From assembly GCA_049510745.1 (NCBI GenBank), contig JBEKYR010000004.1:166429-230428 (forward strand): a stretch of DNA of 64,000 nucleotides. Direction: 5' to 3'. The position numbers were made by a program, and so were the translations under genes. The DNA comes from Verrucomicrobiota bacterium (GTDB lineage Bacteria; Verrucomicrobiota; Verrucomicrobiia; Limisphaerales; Palsa-1400). Positions 58,961 to 64,000 of this stretch are shown in pieces. How positions within the stretch are numbered: the stretch's first letter is position 1; each line of letters begins with the position of its first letter. The notes under the pieces were generated by a model, which worked only from the letters and a program-made list of their open reading frames with translations, made no database searches and was not told where the DNA came from.

Positions 58961-60160
58961 CTATTTGCGTATCATTTCAACACCATTGTCACCGACAGTT
59001 ACAATTAGGCCAGCCTTCCGCATTGCATCGGCCTTGGCTTCCATCTGTTTAACCTCAGCATCGGTAAGTTTTGTTTTGCGGGAAAGGTCCGACAAGAAAG
59101 TTATGATTTCCTTCCACTTATCGTAGCCTTCCGGCGTCATTTCCAAAAGAATGTCAAACTTCTGCCCCTCAGAAATAGTGACGAACCGTTTCCACGGTTT
59201 AAAACCTTCTGCCTGAATCAGAATTTGATGTAGTCCGGTGGCGAAGCGTAAATTGCCAGGCACCGAACCGACAGAAACACCATCCATCGTCACGTCAGCG
59301 GCCACTGTGACACTGACAGATAATTTGACATCATTACTTTCATAGGAAGGAAGTTGTAATGGCGTCCCACCCGGCAAAACGGGCTTGATATTGAACTGCA
59401 CACCTACAGCGTCAACTTTCGGGACTTCCTTTACCTCATGGTTGGACACCGTGATTTTAGCTGCAAGTTGTGTTGCAGCTTCATCAAACATGCTGTTGAG
59501 CAAATCGTCTGTTTCACGAGTAAGGCTTTCAGACTCACGCCAAGCGCGACTCACTCGGACGGAATCACCGGCCACTGCCCCGCCGGACGCCGCGAATGCC
59601 AAACGATAGCTCACCAACAGATTATTGAAAATACTTGTCGTTGCGACCGGCGCGAGTTCGTTCCCCTTGAACACGCGCTTTTCGGTGCCGAAGGATTCAA
59701 TAGTGGGAATGACGATTAAATCAGCTCCAATGGTTTGCGCGAGCCGCATTACGGAGCTTTGCTCATCCAATTGTTGTTCGAGGCTCTTGTCAACTTTTTC
59801 TGGATTCTGTACGGCGGACGCAAACTCTTGACACAGCGATTTATCCCTTTCTGTCATCTCAATCCCCGGTTGCCTCATCGCTTTCGATATTGAGTCCACC
59901 ACCACATCGCGGGTCAGAGTTGCAAACCCCAATTTGGCAACCCGCGCAGCAACAAGGTCTTCCAAAATCTTTGACTGCTGTACCCCAATTTTCGGTTCTC
60001 TACTAAATACAAACACCGCCGCCTTCCGCTGCTGAGGCGGCGGTTGGGTCTCCGCACTTATCGCAGGAGCTTGTGCCAGCAAACTGGTCATCATGGCCCC
60101 CGCCAGTAGGCAAAATGCCGTCATGCGCCTTGCGCTACCCGAAATAAGATGACGTTTCAT
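58961..60160 (-). CDS. Exported protein with CsgG/TolB-N-like alpha/beta domain and PEGA domain
   Basis: Signal peptide; RLAQTIGADLIV; ADVTMDGVSVGSVP..GLHQILI..EGFKPW. Confidence 0.7.
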   Translation of the reverse strand: MKRHLISGSARRMTAFCLLAGAMMTSLLAQAPAISAETQPPPQQRKAAVFVFSREPKIGVQQSKILEDLVAARVAKLGFATLTRDVVVDSISKAMRQPGIEMTERDKSLCQEFASAVQNPEKVDKSLEQQLDEQSSVMRLAQTIGADLIVIPTIESFGTEKRVFKGNELAPVATTSIFNNLLVSYRLAFAASGGAVAGDSVRVSRAWRESESLTRETDDLLNSMFDEAATQLAAKITVSNHEVKEVPKVDAVGVQFNIKPVLPGGTPLQLPSYESNDVKLSVSVTVAADVTMDGVSVGSVPGNLRFATGLHQILIQAEGFKPWKRFVTISEGQKFDILLEMTPEGYDKWKEIITFLSDLSRKTKLTDAEVKQMEAKADAMRKAGLIVTVGDNGVEMIRK

Positions 60161-60218
60161 AATTTTGCTGTAATGGCGGGGCGGTTCAATAAAGACCGCC
60201 CCCTGATAAATTTGCAGA

Positions 60219-60926
60219 TTAAAGACCGCCCAACTTCTCCGTCGCCTTGTCAGCACCAGGAATTTCCACGTTCTGGCTCTTGGCAAATTTTAGGATTTTC
60301 GCCAGCGTTGCGCTGCCCTCTTGCACATCACCTGGCACCATTGTGGACATCGTAGTTACAGGCTTTACGATGGATAGCACACCGGCTTTTTGCAAGGGAC
60401 CAGCCGATTGCACCATGCTTTGTCCTTGCTGAACGAGCTTCTGAATCGCTTCAATCTGGTCCTTTTCCAGCAACACACCTTCAATGAACTTGCCGCTACC
60501 TTCCGCAAATTTGGCCTTGCTTTCAGCGGACAATTCCTTGGATTCTGCCATAGAAGCCTCGATTTGCTTGCTTGCGTCCTTACTGACCTCTGTTTGCTTA
60601 TCTGCCAGCTTCACCTTATCAGACGTGCTACCCTCTGCGGCCCGCAACGCTTCGGACGCTTTCGCCACGGCATCAGACTTTAAACCAAGTGCTTCCATCA
60701 ATTTAGCTTTAGAAGCGAGAAATGTGACGCGAGCAGCAAGAACCTTTCCGGCCACATCATCGGCTGACCTCCCGAACGCCTCCTTAGTTATGGTGGCACC
60801 GCCGCTGTCGCCTCCCGTTTTGTTGCCCAATAGACCACCAATCTGTGCATGAGCCGGCGATTGACTCGCAATCATCATACCGGTGATGCCAAGAACCATC
60901 ATTGATTTCATACTGATATATTGCAT
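60219..60926 (-). CDS. Exported Ala/Lys-rich helical hypothetical protein
   Basis: Signal peptide ending AHA-Q; Gly-rich mature N-terminus; GGAG RBS upstream. Confidence 0.75.
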   Translation of the reverse strand: MQYISMKSMMVLGITGMMIASQSPAHAQIGGLLGNKTGGDSGGATITKEAFGRSADDVAGKVLAARVTFLASKAKLMEALGLKSDAVAKASEALRAAEGSTSDKVKLADKQTEVSKDASKQIEASMAESKELSAESKAKFAEGSGKFIEGVLLEKDQIEAIQKLVQQGQSMVQSAGPLQKAGVLSIVKPVTTMSTMVPGDVQEGSATLAKILKFAKSQNVEIPGADKATEKLGGL

Positions 60927-60994
60927 GTTACTCCTTGCGTTATTGTTATGTGTTTATTGCCTAACCATTTTATTTACGTCATTTTGAACCGACA

Positions 60995-62095
60995 TCATTT
61001 GACACCTTTCATGCGTAACTGATCCACCAATTCGCTTGCAGACCGCACCGCCGCCTCGTTCAAAGCATTTTGCTTTGCTACTTGAGGATTTGAGCCGAGA
61101 CCGGCATAAGGTTTACCCGCTATAGATGCAACCGTTTTAGGAAATCTCGGCGCTAGATCACTAACCTTGGCAGTGACGGTCACATAGACGCGCGTTAACC
61201 CGGTGGCCTCGTCTTTTTCAGGAAGGCCGACATCCATGTTGGCGATGGCGATGTATCTAATCTCCTTATCTTTGCAGTTTTTGACCGCCGCCTTGCGCGT
61301 CTCAGGCGAAATGTCGCTGCCGCCACTGAAATCATTCTTAAAACTTCCCACATCCAGTCCAGCGTCCACTGCATCAACGACCTCATATCTGGCCTTGGTC
61401 AGCACGGAATTGACCGCATTGTCAACCTCGGTGACTGTGGTGACACGATAGGCCAGATCTTCGGCCTTGGTTTCGGTATTTCCCCCGGTCGTATTTTTAA
61501 CAACGCTACTCTTGTCCAAACTGGTTTCCGCAGACTGTCCGTCTTCGGCAACCTTGTTTTTTTGCGCTCCAGCCTCGCTGTTTTCCTTGATTTGCACCGT
61601 GGTGCGCTTTGCATCGAAATCTTTTCGAGAGGCCAGTTCGCGAGCAACGAAAACAAAAGTCATATAACTCGCGCCCGTCTTTGCGGTCGCGCTTAAGTTG
61701 GCTGCCGGGGCGTTCGCGCTCATCGTCTTTTGAATCGCATTCTCAATCAAAGTGGGGTTGATAAGAGCCTCTATGATGACAGTGTAACGCCTGGCGCCTT
61801 TATCAAGTTGCTGATCTAACTGAGTGTAATCAGTCACATATTGGTCAATGTTCGCCAGCACCTCCGATTCAATTGTTTTGTATAATTCCAACCGTGCGCT
61901 GTCAAAGTCGGCTGCAAAACGTGTCATCGCGTTTTTCTTCGCTTCGGTAATAGCGCTACGTTCTTCCACAGACCCTTGCTTGAAGGTACCTTTGTATTCG
62001 ATTTCACCCTTGCCCTTGACTTTTACAAATTGTGCATGAGCGGTAAGGGCGCAAGCCAGAACAACGAACAATATGGATCGATTTATAGAGCGCAT
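60995..62095 (-). CDS. Exported protein resembling FlgT N-terminal plus middle domains
   Basis: Signal peptide AHA-Q; VKGKG...AITEAKKNA; C-terminal alpha/beta region ending AGLG...AKQNALNEAA. Confidence 0.65.
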   Translation of the reverse strand: MRSINRSILFVVLACALTAHAQFVKVKGKGEIEYKGTFKQGSVEERSAITEAKKNAMTRFAADFDSARLELYKTIESEVLANIDQYVTDYTQLDQQLDKGARRYTVIIEALINPTLIENAIQKTMSANAPAANLSATAKTGASYMTFVFVARELASRKDFDAKRTTVQIKENSEAGAQKNKVAEDGQSAETSLDKSSVVKNTTGGNTETKAEDLAYRVTTVTEVDNAVNSVLTKARYEVVDAVDAGLDVGSFKNDFSGGSDISPETRKAAVKNCKDKEIRYIAIANMDVGLPEKDEATGLTRVYVTVTAKVSDLAPRFPKTVASIAGKPYAGLGSNPQVAKQNALNEAAVRSASELVDQLRMKGVK

Positions 62096-63237
62096 TTTTT
62101 CAGAACTTTCTCGTTGGTATTTTTGTCTTTTTGCATGTGTTCAATCGCTGAAAGGAAAGCCCCTTTCAATGCATCCGAAACAACGGGAAATTCATCCACA
62201 ATCTTTTGCGTGGCCGGAACAACTTTGGAAACGCCATATTTCACTGGCACATCGAGATAAACGGTGTTGAATTCAGGTTCATAAACTCGAATTCCGAGAA
62301 AAGCCCCGTAAATCCAAAGTGCTTCAGCATCCGTGCTTTTGTCCAAAACCTTCTTGAAACCTTTGACTTCCAAATCCAGCGCAAAAGTTGGCTTCGGAAT
62401 TTTGAATTGGACGGCAGATCCATCCGAAAAAATCAGCGCCATCTTGGCATTCAATTCATCTTTGGCGTAGGGCAACAGCGCCACGCCGGCTTTTGATGTC
62501 AAAAACGAGCCAAACTGCTGCGCCACCGTCTGCGCGTAGGCGTTCGTGTTCTGTCGGAGAAGTTCCGGGAGAAACGGCAGCGCTTTCTCTCCGATGCTAA
62601 CTTGACGAACTTGCAAAGTGCATTGGTTCTTGGAACGGGGCTGTATCCGGTCTGCTTTCCCCAAAACTGCCGGAAGCAACTGCGAGTCCGCTCCCTCGAC
62701 CATTTTTTTCATGCGCTCGCGCACCGCCGCGTCGTCAAACGGTTCTTTGCCTGCGTCAATAAACTCGATGCAAATCGGCTGTGAAGAAACCACTTCCAGT
62801 TCTTTGAAATTCAAGATCAACATTTCAAAGCCGAGTTGAATGACCAATTTGTGAAAGTCATTGAATTCATCCCGCAACACTTTTTCGTCGGTCAGGGCGA
62901 GCGCCAGAACCAGCGGGGTGTCCTCGCGGCGTGCCCCTCCAAACTGAAGATTCATCCGCTTGAAACGATCCCTGTTCTTTTGAAAAAACTCGCGGGCAAC
63001 CCGATCCAGAAAGTTCGTCCCGTCGTCGTTTGTCGTGTTGAGAGAGGAGGCATTAGGGAAACTCTTGCCCACATCGCTGCCGTTGCCGCTGAAGGCAAAG
63101 CCGCCATAAAAAACATCCGGTTTGTCCGATTCCGCAGTGGCTGCAATGGAAGCAAATGCAAAAATGACAGACCAAAGATTGCCCGCAATTCTAACAAGCC
63201 ACGTTTTGTAGAACGATCGAAGATTGTCGTTTCCCAT
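62083..63237 (-). CDS. Hypothetical exported protein; start uncertain (ORF open to 63390)
   Basis: Signal-like VIFAFASIAATA; overlaps the next gene. Confidence 0.7.
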   Translation of the reverse strand: MGNDNLRSFYKTWLVRIAGNLWSVIFAFASIAATAESDKPDVFYGGFAFSGNGSDVGKSFPNASSLNTTNDDGTNFLDRVAREFFQKNRDRFKRMNLQFGGARREDTPLVLALALTDEKVLRDEFNDFHKLVIQLGFEMLILNFKELEVVSSQPICIEFIDAGKEPFDDAAVRERMKKMVEGADSQLLPAVLGKADRIQPRSKNQCTLQVRQVSIGEKALPFLPELLRQNTNAYAQTVAQQFGSFLTSKAGVALLPYAKDELNAKMALIFSDGSAVQFKIPKPTFALDLEVKGFKKVLDKSTDAEALWIYGAFLGIRVYEPEFNTVYLDVPVKYGVSKVVPATQKIVDEFPVVSDALKGAFLSAIEHMQKDKNTNEKVLKKCAL

Positions 63238-63578
63238 AAATTCGATTTTCGCCTCTTCGTAGGTATTCCCTGCTACGGAAAAACAAAAGGGCGCGAACTT
63301 GTCGCACCCTTCGTCGAGGCACCGCGAAGCGCCCTTGTGATGAATGCTCCAAGCCGCGCCGTTTGGCGCGCGCTTGGGCTTGGTCATCACAGGGAAAATT
63401 CGCGGTTTTCGACGAAGACCGTAGCCGTGCTACGCTAAATTGTTCTTATTCAGTTAATTATATCAAATAATTTTGATAACTCTCTCTTATTTGCTGACGC
63501 TGGCCGGTTTAGCACGGGTTATGACCTTCCGCAAGCACAAACTCCGGAGAATTTCCGCGACGGGCGCAAATCCGCTTT

Positions 63579-63670
63579 TGTGACGGGTAGTGTGACACTT
63601 TGTGACGGCATTTGTGACGGCTTTTTATTTTGTAAGTCATTCTCTATCAACCAGTGTGACGGTGTGACGG
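63579..63670. repeat. Six TGTGAC(GG) iteron-like direct repeats
   Basis: Copies at 63579, 63591, 63601, 63613, 63655 and 63663. Confidence 0.85.
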
Positions 63671-63879
63671 TTGAAAAGGGGGGAAGCATGGGGTGGGAGC
63701 CAATATCCAAAACCAGATTTGCGCCCAATTCCAGACGATTTGCGCGACTGCCGTCGGCCAAGATATTCCACAAAACTCAAAGCCTCCGACTGCATCTGGT
63801 TTTGCGAGAGGAATTTATTCTCCGCCCGGATTCCGGTTTGATGGCGACCAAAATCCTAAGACGGGCGCGAAACATTCAG

Positions 63880-64000
63880 GGGAGTACACGCGCCTTCGCG
63901 TGTCGTGGCCGGCGCCCTCGCCGGCCACATCTTTGAATCTTATACACTTCCTATGGAATTTGGGGATGCCATCGGCGAGGGCGCCGATGGCGACACGCGG
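63880..64000. repeat. Inverted pair of REP-like palindromes; second copy cut by the window end
   Basis: CGCGTGTCGTGGCCGGCGCCCTCGCCGGCCAC on + and CGCGTGTCGCCATCGGCGCCCTCGCCGATGGC on -. Confidence 0.75.

Noticed and set aside
60190..60231. 12-bp direct repeat TAAAGACCGCCC at a gene end
   Set aside because: Only two short copies; probably a local duplication with no supportable function
63461..63478. FNR box
   Set aside because: Half-sites are in the opposite order and spacing to TTGAT-N4-ATCAA

Overview
GC-rich bacterial chromosome segment; gene content and the style of the intergenic repeats suggest Verrucomicrobiota, Pedosphaera-like (inference). (i) 1-28.7 kb is an accessory block ending at a displaced tRNA 3'-half (att-like site). 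It holds glycoside hydrolases (GH29, GH2, GH20, GH43-CBM6), an MBOAT/SGNH/secreted-protein/FGE-fold module, two gene relics at junctions, and a tightly coupled 10-gene anaerobic redox operon: mvhD-like, divergent metF, two glutamate-synthase FMN paralogs, GATase-GXGXG, hdrC, hdrB, giant hdrA/hdrL, mvhD, metV. (ii) 29-57.7 kb is largely core genome (purB, rhomboid, recO, DUF502, ybeY, phoH, HIT, ABC exporter, hpnI-like, GspE/PilB ATPase, SNF2, recG), interrupted by an S53 protease-Ig-NHL protein, a TMTC-like glycosyltransferase, four toxin-antitoxin-like loci (three visibly crippled on the toxin side) and repeat-rich spacers. (iii) 57.9-63.4 kb is an AT-richer five-gene operon of exported CsgG/FlgT/PEGA-type proteins. 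The best candidates for an undescribed system are the Hdr/split-glutamate-synthase/variant-MetF operon and the CsgG-like operon. All family calls come from motif recognition by eye; no database searches were run.
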